A stretch of 64,000 nucleotides of DNA, taken from assembly GCA_015487785.1 (NCBI GenBank), contig WFPC01000050.1, positions 8,400-72,399 of the forward strand, written 5' to 3'. The notes under the pieces were generated by a model. It had not been told where the DNA came from. It made no database searches and was given only the letters and a program-made list of their open reading frames with translations. The number at the start of each line of letters is the position of its first letter. The stretch's first letter is position 1. Below are positions 30,386 to 38,677 of the stretch, in pieces. The stretch is from Gammaproteobacteria bacterium. GTDB taxonomy: Bacteria; Pseudomonadota; Gammaproteobacteria; S012-40. A program made the translations under genes and the position numbers.

Positions 30386-30751
30386 TCAGGGGTGTTCCTG
30401 GGCTGGTGAGGCCAGCGCCTGCTGAATGGCCTGTTCCAGGCGGGAGAGCCGTGCCTCGGCCTGGATTTCCGCATGGAAACGCCCCTCGACATAGAGGAAA
30501 ATGGCCGGCAGGTGAAAAATGTCCAGCTCATGGGCAAGGGCGGCCTCGGTGGCGCTGTCCACCCGGAACAGGCCGATGGCGGGATGCAAACCCTGATAGC
30601 TCATCAGCAGACTCACCCAACGCCGGCAGGCGCCGCAGCCGGGCTTGGTGAACAAGACCAGTGACAAGCCCTCGTTTTCGGCCAGCATGTGGTGATACTC
30701 GAACTGGTCGAGTTCGATGAAGCCCGGTTTTCTCTGTCTGGGCAGTGCCAT
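30386..30751 (-). CDS. Thioredoxin-like protein
   Basis: FTKPGCGAC, FHLP. Confidence 0.85.
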   Translation of the reverse strand: MALPRQRKPGFIELDQFEYHHMLAENEGLSLVLFTKPGCGACRRWVSLLMSYQGLHPAIGLFRVDSATEAALAHELDIFHLPAIFLYVEGRFHAEIQAEARLSRLEQAIQQALASPAQEHP

Positions 30752-30883
30752 GAATCCACAAGGGGTCGGGAATCCGCTGACGCACAGTGTACGCGTTCGG
30801 GTGTCCGATGTCTTGCAAAAGGGTTCCGCGGCTGGTAGTTATAGACCAGCAATGATTTTCATTCAGGAGTTGAAGCATAGCGT

Positions 30884-31813
30884 ATGAAATTGCTTGCAAG
30901 TTTTATCGTAGTGGGTTTGATCGGCCTGGGCATGGGTGATGCCGAGGCCAAGCGCTTTGGCATGGGCAAGTCCTTTGGCAGCAAGAAAATGTTCAGCATG
31001 CCGCACAAGCGGGTGGACAAACCGGCCAAGGCTCAGTCGGCGCCCAAGCAGTCGGCCCCGGCAGCAGGTGCCGCGGGCAAGGCCGGTGCTGGCGCCAGGA
31101 GTGGCATGGGTGCTGGCCTGATGGGCGGGCTTGCCGGTCTGGCCATGGGCGGTTTGCTGGGAGCCCTGCTGTTTGGCGGCGCTTTCGAGAACATCAATTT
31201 TCTCGATATCCTGATCCTCGGTCTGTTGGCTTTTTTGCTGTACAAGGTTTTCAGTGGGCGACGCACCACCAGGCCCGAACCGGCGGCGCCCGCAGGGTAT
31301 GGCAGTGCCGAGCTGGGGCCGGACGATAGCGGGGGGCAGGGCACACCGGGGCAGGCAGTCCAGCGCCGGCGTTTTGACACCGATCTCCTGTTTGGCAACA
31401 AGGCCAGGGCCAGCGACTCCGGGATTACGGCCGGTCTCGAAATTCCGGCGGATTTCGATGCCGAACACTTTCTAGAAGGCGCCAAAACACTTTTTGCGCG
31501 CATGCAAAAAGCGTGGGACGAGGGTGATCTGGGCGATATTCGCCAGTTTACCACCGACAAGGTATTTGCCGAGGTGCAGGAACAGCTCTGGAACCGAAGC
31601 GGTGACAGCCGGACGCTGATTCATCGTCTCGATGCTCACTTGCACCAGGTGCGTGAACTGGATGACGAGCTGGAAGCCAGCGTGGTGTTCGAGGCCGAGC
31701 TGGAAGAAAACGGCCAGCCTGTGAAGGTGAGCGAGCTATGGCATTTCACCAAGCCCAGGCACAGCGCACAACCCACCTGGTATCTCGATGGCATACAGCA
31801 GATAGAGGATTGA
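30884..31813 (+). CDS. Tim44 domain-containing protein
   Basis: AEAKRFG.GKSFG, Gly-rich TM, MQKAWD, ELWHFTK, GIQQ. Confidence 0.9.
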   Translation: MKLLASFIVVGLIGLGMGDAEAKRFGMGKSFGSKKMFSMPHKRVDKPAKAQSAPKQSAPAAGAAGKAGAGARSGMGAGLMGGLAGLAMGGLLGALLFGGAFENINFLDILILGLLAFLLYKVFSGRRTTRPEPAAPAGYGSAELGPDDSGGQGTPGQAVQRRRFDTDLLFGNKARASDSGITAGLEIPADFDAEHFLEGAKTLFARMQKAWDEGDLGDIRQFTTDKVFAEVQEQLWNRSGDSRTLIHRLDAHLHQVRELDDELEASVVFEAELEENGQPVKVSELWHFTKPRHSAQPTWYLDGIQQIED

Positions 31814-31835
31814 CGCTTGCCCGTGGAAGGTTCGG

Positions 31836-31861
31836 AAGCCGGCCGATTGGCCGGCTTTTTT
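31836..31861 (+). terminator. Intrinsic terminator
   Basis: AAGCCGGCC-GATT-GGCCGGCTT plus T-run. Confidence 0.75.
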
Positions 31862-32007
31862 GTTGCACCCTCTGTGGCCATGAAATGCCCTGATTTTTTC
31901 CACGTTGAGAGTTGCCACGAGGCTAACTATCATTTAACCCGCAACAAATGAGGCGCGTGGAGTTTAAGCGCGCCAAGTGCTTGCCACAGACCGATGTCTG
32001 AGTATCC

Positions 32008-32373
32008 ATGCGTATAAGCGACATATCAAACCGGTTATCCCCCCAGCCCCTCCAGAGCACCGAGGTGCAGCGGCAGGAGAAGGGGCGCTATGCGCGCCTG
32101 ATGGAACAGGATGAACAGCGGACCCGCGCACAATCCCCACAAGCACGCGAAGAAGCCCTCGACGTCCGTGAACGCCCAAACCCGGGAGGGCTCAGTCTCT
32201 ATTACAGTCACGATATTGCCCGCCGGGCACAGCAGCAGTATCAGCAGGACAGGGAGCGGCTCAGCCGCATCCCTCCCCACTATACCAAGGCCGTGCAGAG
32301 CTACCAGCAACTGGCGTTGCAAGAACGGCGTGAACAGGTCAGCCGCCTGATGGGGCTGGATGTCTACGCCTGA
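32008..32373 (+). CDS. Hypothetical protein ending in GLDVYA
   Basis: 121-aa helical ORF with AVQSYQ...GLDVYA tail. Confidence 0.65.
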   Translation: MRISDISNRLSPQPLQSTEVQRQEKGRYARLMEQDEQRTRAQSPQAREEALDVRERPNPGGLSLYYSHDIARRAQQQYQQDRERLSRIPPHYTKAVQSYQQLALQERREQVSRLMGLDVYA

Positions 32374-32574
32374 AACAACCTGTCCGCTGGTCTCTGGGTT
32401 CGCATCGCCCACCATTCAGCTTCGCTTCAGCCAGGCCTTCTACCTTGTGTGACAGGGTCTTTCTCCGGGCATTGCGCCGGGTCACGAGATGGTACACATA
32501 GCCACAGGCCCGGTTGACTTGCGTCACGACAGACTTTGTTACAATGAACCGTTGGGATCACGGCGGACAAGGTG

Positions 32575-34068
32575 ATGAACAAGGTGCGCAAGTTTTTTGG
32601 GCGGCTGGTGTCGTCGGTGCATCCGGCGTCGTTTCTGCGCCTGGTGATCGTGGGCTTTGGTCTGGTGGCCCTGCCGTTGGTGATAGCGCTGGTGACTGGT
32701 GTCTATTACATCAACAAATTGACGCACCAGAGCCAGGAGGCGGTGTCGCGGGCCGTGCAGGCCACCCAGGGCAGCCGGCAGTTGCTGGAGATCACCGTGG
32801 GCATGGAGCGCGACCTGCGTCAATATCTGGTGTTGGCGGAAGACGAACTCTATCAACGTTACCTGGGACGTCACAGGGCTTTTTCCCAGGTGGCCGGGGA
32901 ACTGGCCGGGGTATTGGTGGACCCGCAACAGCGGGCGCAACTGGATTCGCTGGTCAAGATGGAGCAATCCTTGTTCGAGCGTTTGCAGTCGCACTTGAAC
33001 AGCAACCAGCTGGGTCGGGTGGAGCCCATGGAATATGCCGCGCTCACCAGCCTGGCACGAGCGATTTTGCGTGACAACAATCAGTTGATCGACAGTGAAG
33101 TCTCGATCATGCACGAGATTTCCGCAAAGGTGAAGAACGTGGTCTTTTGGGAGTTGCTCCTGGTATTGCCGGCGGTGGCCCTGATCATCGTGATTTTTGC
33201 GTTCCTGCTGGCGCGTCCGGTGCGTCAGCTCGACCAGGGCATACGACGGTTGGGCAATGGCGAATTCGATGTGGAAATCGAGGTTGCCGGGCCCAGGGAC
33301 ATGCAATACCTCGGCGATCGCCTGAACTGGTTGCGCAGGCGTTTGAAATACCTCGAGGAAAAAAAGAGCAAGTTTCTGCACCATGTCTCGCACGAGCTGA
33401 AGACGCCCTTGTCGGCCATACGTGAGAGCGCGGAACTCCTGGTCGATCGAGTGGCCGGACCGCTCACCGCACAACAGGAGGAGATCTGTGATATCTTGAG
33501 AAAGAACAGCATCACCTTGCAGCAAATGATAGAAAAACTGCTCAGTTTCAACCTTCCAGACAATGCGCCGGAAGAGGGCGGTCAGCAGCTTGTACCCCTG
33601 CATCATGTGCTGGATACGGTGATTGCCGATCACAAGCCGGTGTTGCTGAGCAAGAATATTCAGCTTGAGTTGGACTGCGACGAGGTTTTCTATCAGGGTA
33701 ATGAACAGCAATTACAGGTCGTGTTCGACAACCTGATCTCCAACGCGGTGAAATTCGTGCCGGAAAACGGCGCCATCCACGTCCGTTTCAAACAGCGTGA
33801 TGGCGAGGTGGTGATCGATGTGGAAGACTCCGGCGAAGGGGTGGCCGAGACCGACCGCGACAACATCTTCAATGAATTCTACAAGGGCAAGGCCTCGGGC
33901 AGTGGTCGTATCCAGGGTAGCGGCCTGGGCTTGGCCATTGTGGCTGAATTCGTCGAGGCCCATGGGGGGCAGATCGAATTGACCGAGCCGGAGCACTTGT
34001 CGGGCGCACATTTTCGCATCACCTTGCCCCGGGCTTCCGACGAGAGAAAAATCCAGTGGGCGGTATGA
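32575..34068 (+). CDS. Sensor histidine kinase, GlrK/QseE-like
   Basis: 2 TM, HAMP, HVSHELKTPL, NAVKF, GSGLGLAI. Confidence 0.88.
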   Translation: MNKVRKFFGRLVSSVHPASFLRLVIVGFGLVALPLVIALVTGVYYINKLTHQSQEAVSRAVQATQGSRQLLEITVGMERDLRQYLVLAEDELYQRYLGRHRAFSQVAGELAGVLVDPQQRAQLDSLVKMEQSLFERLQSHLNSNQLGRVEPMEYAALTSLARAILRDNNQLIDSEVSIMHEISAKVKNVVFWELLLVLPAVALIIVIFAFLLARPVRQLDQGIRRLGNGEFDVEIEVAGPRDMQYLGDRLNWLRRRLKYLEEKKSKFLHHVSHELKTPLSAIRESAELLVDRVAGPLTAQQEEICDILRKNSITLQQMIEKLLSFNLPDNAPEEGGQQLVPLHHVLDTVIADHKPVLLSKNIQLELDCDEVFYQGNEQQLQVVFDNLISNAVKFVPENGAIHVRFKQRDGEVVIDVEDSGEGVAETDRDNIFNEFYKGKASGSGRIQGSGLGLAIVAEFVEAHGGQIELTEPEHLSGAHFRITLPRASDERKIQWAV

Positions 34069-34589
34069 GGGTGCTCCTGTCAATGCTGTTGGTGTTGATG
34101 ATCACGGCCTGTGCCAGCGTAAAGGAAAGACATCTGCCCGGTGACTTCCTCATCCAGGGGGAGCGGTCTGCCACCGTATCCATGGATGGCTTGCTGGCGG
34201 ATTGTGCCCGTTTCGCCAAAGGCGATGAAAAAACACGCAATACCATGCTGGACGAGGCCAGGCGGGCCCATGAGCTCAATCCTGCTGATGGTGACAAGGC
34301 CTTGCGCCATGCCGTGTTATTGAGTCTTGTGCAACCCCGGAAGGCGCTCGGGGTGCTACAGAAACTGCCGCAAGAGCGGCTTGACGAGGCCCAGGCCGGA
34401 TTGCGGATCTTGCTGCTGCGGCAATTACAGCAGAGACAGGGTCTGTATACTGACAACCAGACACTGAAGCGCGAACTGCTGGCCCGAGAGAAAACCATTG
34501 CGAAGCTGAGGGGGCAGATCGAGGCCCTGAAGCTGATCGACAGAACCCTATTTGAACAAGAAGACAGCCTCATGCTGGATGGCAGGTGA
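34065..34589 (+). CDS. QseG/YfhG-like lipoprotein
   Basis: Lipobox ITAC, coiled coil ending QIEALKLIDRTL; lies between kinase and regulator. Confidence 0.7.
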   Translation: MRVLLSMLLVLMITACASVKERHLPGDFLIQGERSATVSMDGLLADCARFAKGDEKTRNTMLDEARRAHELNPADGDKALRHAVLLSLVQPRKALGVLQKLPQERLDEAQAGLRILLLRQLQQRQGLYTDNQTLKRELLAREKTIAKLRGQIEALKLIDRTLFEQEDSLMLDGR

Positions 34590-34594
34590 GACCG

Positions 34595-35950
34595 ATGAAA
34601 AAACAGACCATACTGATCGTCGATGACGACCATGACCTGCTCAAGTTGCTGAGCCTGCGCCTGCAGGCCTCCAATTACGATGTGATCGCGGTGGATAGTG
34701 GAGAGAAGGCCATGGTCGAACTCAGCCTGCGCAAGCCGCAATTGGTGATCACCGATCTTTGCATGGATGGCATGGATGGCATGGCCCTGTTCAATGCCAT
34801 TCATAAAACGAATTCCACCCTGCCGGTCATCATACTCACTGCTCACGGTACCATCCCCGAGGCCATCGAGGCCACGCGTCAGGGTGTGTTCGGTTTCATC
34901 ACCAAGCCCTTCGATGCCCAGCATTTACTCTCGCAAGTGGAAAAAGCCCTGCAGATCAGTCCCCTCGAGGCAGAGGACGAACAGAGTGGCGAGGAAGCGA
35001 GCTGGCGTGAGGGCATCATAACGCGCAGCCCGCTGATGGAAGACGTACTGAGCCAGGCCTACTTGGTGGCCAACAGCGAGGCCACGATTTTCATTCACGG
35101 GCAGAGTGGCACCGGCAAGGAAGTCCTGGCGCAGGCCATTCATCGTGCCAGCCCCCGGCGCGACAAGCCGTTCATCGGGGTCAACTGTGCCGCCATCCCG
35201 GAACACTTGCTGGAGTCCGAACTGTTCGGTCATGTGCGTGGTGCCTTCAGTGGCGCCACGCGAAGTTACGAGGGGCTGTTTCAGGCGGCCGATGGCGGCA
35301 CCCTGTTTCTCGACGAGATTGGCGACATGCCACTGGCCTTGCAGGTGAAACTTTTGCGGGTCTTGCAGGAGCGCCAGGTCAGGCCCGTGGGATCAACCAA
35401 GACCGTGCCTGTGGATGTGCGGATTATCTCCGCCACCCATTGTGATATCGAGAAGGAAGTTTCCCTTGGAAATTTCCGCGAGGATCTGTTCTATCGCCTC
35501 AACGTGGTCGGATTGGAACTGCCCACGCTGGATGAGCGGCGACAGGACATCCCCTTATTGGCGAATTATTTCCTGAAACTATTAATGAAAGAAAATCCGG
35601 GGAAAACCAAGGTATTCTCACCGGAGGCGATGGAGCTGCTGATCACTGCTTCCTGGCCGGGTAATATTCGCCAGCTACGAAACGTGGTGGAGCAGAGCGT
35701 CACCCTGTGCACCACACCGGTGATTCCCGCGCGCCTGGTGTTGAAGGCCTTGCGGGGAAAATCGGGCGAGATAGCGCCGCTCACCGAAGCCAAGCGGCGG
35801 TTCGAGCGCGATTACCTGCTCAACCTGTTGCAATTGACCAATGGCAATGTCACCCAGGCGGCGCGCCTGGCCAACCGCAATCGCACAGAGTTCTACAAGT
35901 TGTTGCATCGGCACCAATTGAATCCCAGCCATTTCAAGGTAGCGCACTAG
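34595..35950 (+). CDS. Sigma54-dependent response regulator, GlrR/QseF-like
   Basis: REC, GQSGTGKE, ESELFGH..GAFSGA, NVTQAARLANRNRTEFYKLL. Confidence 0.9.
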   Translation: MKKQTILIVDDDHDLLKLLSLRLQASNYDVIAVDSGEKAMVELSLRKPQLVITDLCMDGMDGMALFNAIHKTNSTLPVIILTAHGTIPEAIEATRQGVFGFITKPFDAQHLLSQVEKALQISPLEAEDEQSGEEASWREGIITRSPLMEDVLSQAYLVANSEATIFIHGQSGTGKEVLAQAIHRASPRRDKPFIGVNCAAIPEHLLESELFGHVRGAFSGATRSYEGLFQAADGGTLFLDEIGDMPLALQVKLLRVLQERQVRPVGSTKTVPVDVRIISATHCDIEKEVSLGNFREDLFYRLNVVGLELPTLDERRQDIPLLANYFLKLLMKENPGKTKVFSPEAMELLITASWPGNIRQLRNVVEQSVTLCTTPVIPARLVLKALRGKSGEIAPLTEAKRRFERDYLLNLLQLTNGNVTQAARLANRNRTEFYKLLHRHQLNPSHFKVAH

Positions 35951-36210
35951 CTTGAGTCTTTCACCAGTCGGGCCGAGCGTTCAGTACACCTGTTCGATGT
36001 CATGAGTCGTCGTGTTGGAATAACGGATTTTCAGCGAGAGTGACTTGTACTGGTTCGTGGCTATCCAGCTTCCGTGGGTTTGCGCCCGCGATAACTGGCT
36101 TTTACTCCAGCCCCGGTTTGGTTTTCGCGCAAACCGACACCTGCAGGGCTACGGATTTCACCGCCTCTAGGGGGCGGGTGAGCGACCCAGGCTAGGAGGC
36201 GCACAGGACC

Positions 36211-36238
36211 AAGTGTTGCCGACTGGCAACACTTTTTT
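36211..36238. promoter_or_regulatory. Perfect palindrome: enhancer-binding site and/or terminator
   Basis: AAGTGTTGCC-GACT-GGCAACACTT followed by T-run. Confidence 0.6.
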
Positions 36239-36293
36239 CATGAAATCTCGTCACAGATTCGCCATACAGGTTGATTCCCGCGGTGCGTTGGAG

Positions 36294-36310
36294 TTGGCGC
36301 GTGTATTGCT
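36294..36310 (+). promoter_or_regulatory. Sigma54 -24/-12 promoter
   Basis: TTGGCGC-GTGTA-TTGCT. Confidence 0.7.
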
Positions 36311-36330
36311 GTATTGGGCTGCTGGCGGGC

Positions 36331-36357
36331 TAAAGTAATTTTTTCAAGTACCGATCT
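36331..36357 (+). promoter_or_regulatory. Possible sigma28 promoter
   Basis: TAAA-N15-ACCGATCT. Confidence 0.45.
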
Positions 36358-36387
36358 AGCCCATGCCGGTCAGTTTTGAACGGTTGT

Positions 36388-36489
36388 ATGCTTAATCGGA
36401 TGGTCGAAGCAATGAAGTCAGTCGTTGGATTCCTTATTTTTGGTGTTGCCTTGTTCTATGCCGCAACCTATGCCTCGCTGTTGGGTTGA
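36388..36489 (+). CDS. Putative single-TM microprotein (25-33 aa; alternative starts 36400, 36412)
   Basis: MLNRMVEAMKSVVGFLIFGVALFYAATYASLLG directly after the promoters. Confidence 0.4.
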   Translation: MLNRMVEAMKSVVGFLIFGVALFYAATYASLLG

Positions 36490-36702
36490 GCCCGGTGAGG
36501 TGTTTGCCTGCGATACTGCCGCAGTATGCCGGCGTAGTCATGCGCTGATCTGACATGTCTTCCAGCCGCAGTGTATCTGCTGCGGATGCCCCCTGTTTTT
36601 TCATTCCTTGCCAGATGGCTTGCTCATTGGCAAGATGAATGCGTTCTGGACGACCAGGCGTTTGGCGAATGGCTTTTTCAAGCCTTTACAGGGGACAGGA
36701 AA

Positions 36703-37086
36703 ATGGACGAAACCCGTGGAAAAGATCTGATCCTGGTGGTCGACGACGATGAGGATGTTCTCGAGCTGTTCGAACTCAACCTGTCTCTGTTGGGCTTTGG
36801 GGTTTGCCTGGCCAGAGACCCGGAGGAAGCCCTGGTACACTATCGTCAAGCAGGACGGGATATCGTGGCAGTGATCGTCGATTTGCATTTTCCCGGTGGC
36901 CATGGGAGTGAGTTGTTACGGGCGCTCAGGGCCCTGGACCCCCATGCCAGGGTGATCGTCTGCAGTGGTGACAGCGCGGCGCCGGAGATGGTTCGGCCAC
37001 AGCATTTCGGTTTCGATGGGGCACTGGAAAAACATTTCAACCGGGAACGGATGGCGGTTTTGTTGCAGGGTATCACGCAGGATTGA
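36703..37086 (+). CDS. Stand-alone response regulator receiver protein
   Basis: ILVVDDD, IVDLHFPG, CSG, K; RBS GGGGACAGGA. Confidence 0.85.
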   Translation: MDETRGKDLILVVDDDEDVLELFELNLSLLGFGVCLARDPEEALVHYRQAGRDIVAVIVDLHFPGGHGSELLRALRALDPHARVIVCSGDSAAPEMVRPQHFGFDGALEKHFNRERMAVLLQGITQD

Positions 37087-38134
37087 CGAGCGGTTTTCGC
37101 AGGGCCTGGTTCACCTGCCGGAGCAAGGTGTGGATTTGACTGTTCAGGGCATGGTTGGAACATGCCACGGGTAGCGAGCGCAACAGGATGCGGTAAACCC
37201 GGGTGCGGCTGATCTTGGCCGGCTCGCCGGCTGGCCACTGGGGTTGTAGCAGTAATTGTTCCAGAGTGGCCAGGCCGATCAAGAGTGGCCAGCTGCTGGC
37301 CAGACGCAGGCGGGCATGCTGTCGCGGCAGCACGCTGACATAGGACCGGGCCTGTTCCAGGCCCTGCAGGGTTTTTTCAACGTAATGAATTAGCAAGGCA
37401 CGGCGTTGCTCCGGGGGGGCGCTGGGCAGTGTCGTGGGCGAGAGTCCGAAAGCCGTCAGGGTTTGGCGTGGCAGGTAACAGCGGCCCAAGCCCAGATCCC
37501 GGCCGAGGTCGCGCAGGATGTTGATCAATTGCAGTGCCTGGCCATAATGGATGCCGTACTGGCACAAACTTTCCAGCCCTTCTATACCCGATAGGTGCGC
37601 GGCGGCAGTCTCGCTCCAGAATTCTCCTACACAACCTGCCACCAGATAGGTGTATTCGTCCAGCGCCGTTTCGTCGGCCAGGGCGACCACGGTTTTTCCC
37701 GCAGTCTGCGGAAACTTCAGCAGATCCTGTTCCATGCCTTGTGTGAGGGTGGACAGGAGTTTGCGGATGCGTGACCGGTCTTCCCGGGATTGCTGCCGGA
37801 ACAAGGCAAACACCCGGGGCAGATGGTGCAACAAACGAGCTTCGGCGTCATTGCCTCGGATCTTGAGCGGACCGGTTTGTGGCGGGGTGTCGTCCTGGAG
37901 ATGCCGGCGCAGTTGCCGGAGTTGTTCCAGGCGTTGTTCGGGAGGCAGCAAGTCCGTATCGGCGAGGGTGTCTGCCGCACGAGCGAGCAGGTAGGCGCTT
38001 CCCATGGGCTGGCGCAAGGGCGCGGGCAGGATACGCAGGGAAAGATAGAAACTGCGGGAAACGTCGCGCAGCAGGGGACCGAGCAATTGGCTTTCGTCGG
38101 TGATACGGGCGTGGGAGCGATGTGATGCGGACAT
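37073..38134 (-). CDS. Squalene/phytoene synthase family protein
   Basis: VSRSFYLS, YLLARAADTLAD, YTYLVAGCVGEFW, LQLINILRD. Confidence 0.9.
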   Translation of the reverse strand: MSASHRSHARITDESQLLGPLLRDVSRSFYLSLRILPAPLRQPMGSAYLLARAADTLADTDLLPPEQRLEQLRQLRRHLQDDTPPQTGPLKIRGNDAEARLLHHLPRVFALFRQQSREDRSRIRKLLSTLTQGMEQDLLKFPQTAGKTVVALADETALDEYTYLVAGCVGEFWSETAAAHLSGIEGLESLCQYGIHYGQALQLINILRDLGRDLGLGRCYLPRQTLTAFGLSPTTLPSAPPEQRRALLIHYVEKTLQGLEQARSYVSVLPRQHARLRLASSWPLLIGLATLEQLLLQPQWPAGEPAKISRTRVYRILLRSLPVACSNHALNSQIHTLLRQVNQALRKPLVNPA

Positions 38135-38229
38135 GACAGTAAGAAAAGCCCTACCTTAGCCCATGCATCACTTGGCATCAATAGTGGAAGAAGACCGCCC
38201 GGCCCTGCGGCCGGACGGAAACGGGAGGA

Positions 38230-38550
38230 TCAGTAACCGGAGGCGCTGCCTTGGGGTTGCTCGTCGCTCCAGGCTTGCAGGGCCGTCTTGCCGCTGCGGA
38301 TAGCCTTACCCTTGCGACTGTTGAGGGAAACCATTTCCAGTGACTCGCATTTGGGACATTTCACGGTGTTGAATTTGGCGATGTGATAGATGGTCCAGGC
38401 GAGAGGGATCAGCAGCAAGGGCACCAGACCGCTGAAGGCCGTCAGACTGAGGCTGATCATCCAGATGAAGGCATCCACCACGAAGCTGGATTTGGCCTGG
38501 GGGATGGGTTTGCCGACATAACCGCAGTGAGAGCATATCTTGGTTTTCAT
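38230..38550 (-). CDS. Small membrane zinc-ribbon protein
   Basis: CSHC ... hydrophobic hairpin ... CPKC. Confidence 0.75.
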   Translation of the reverse strand: MKTKICSHCGYVGKPIPQAKSSFVVDAFIWMISLSLTAFSGLVPLLLIPLAWTIYHIAKFNTVKCPKCESLEMVSLNSRKGKAIRSGKTALQAWSDEQPQGSASGY

Positions 38551-38677
38551 CACACACCTCATCAGAAAATTAAAAAGAAAAAATATTATAAAATACTAAT
38601 CAACAAAAGACAACATGATTACAAGGGGTATTCCCGACGGAGATACTGGGATTATGCCGATCCTGGAGCGGGTCTGT

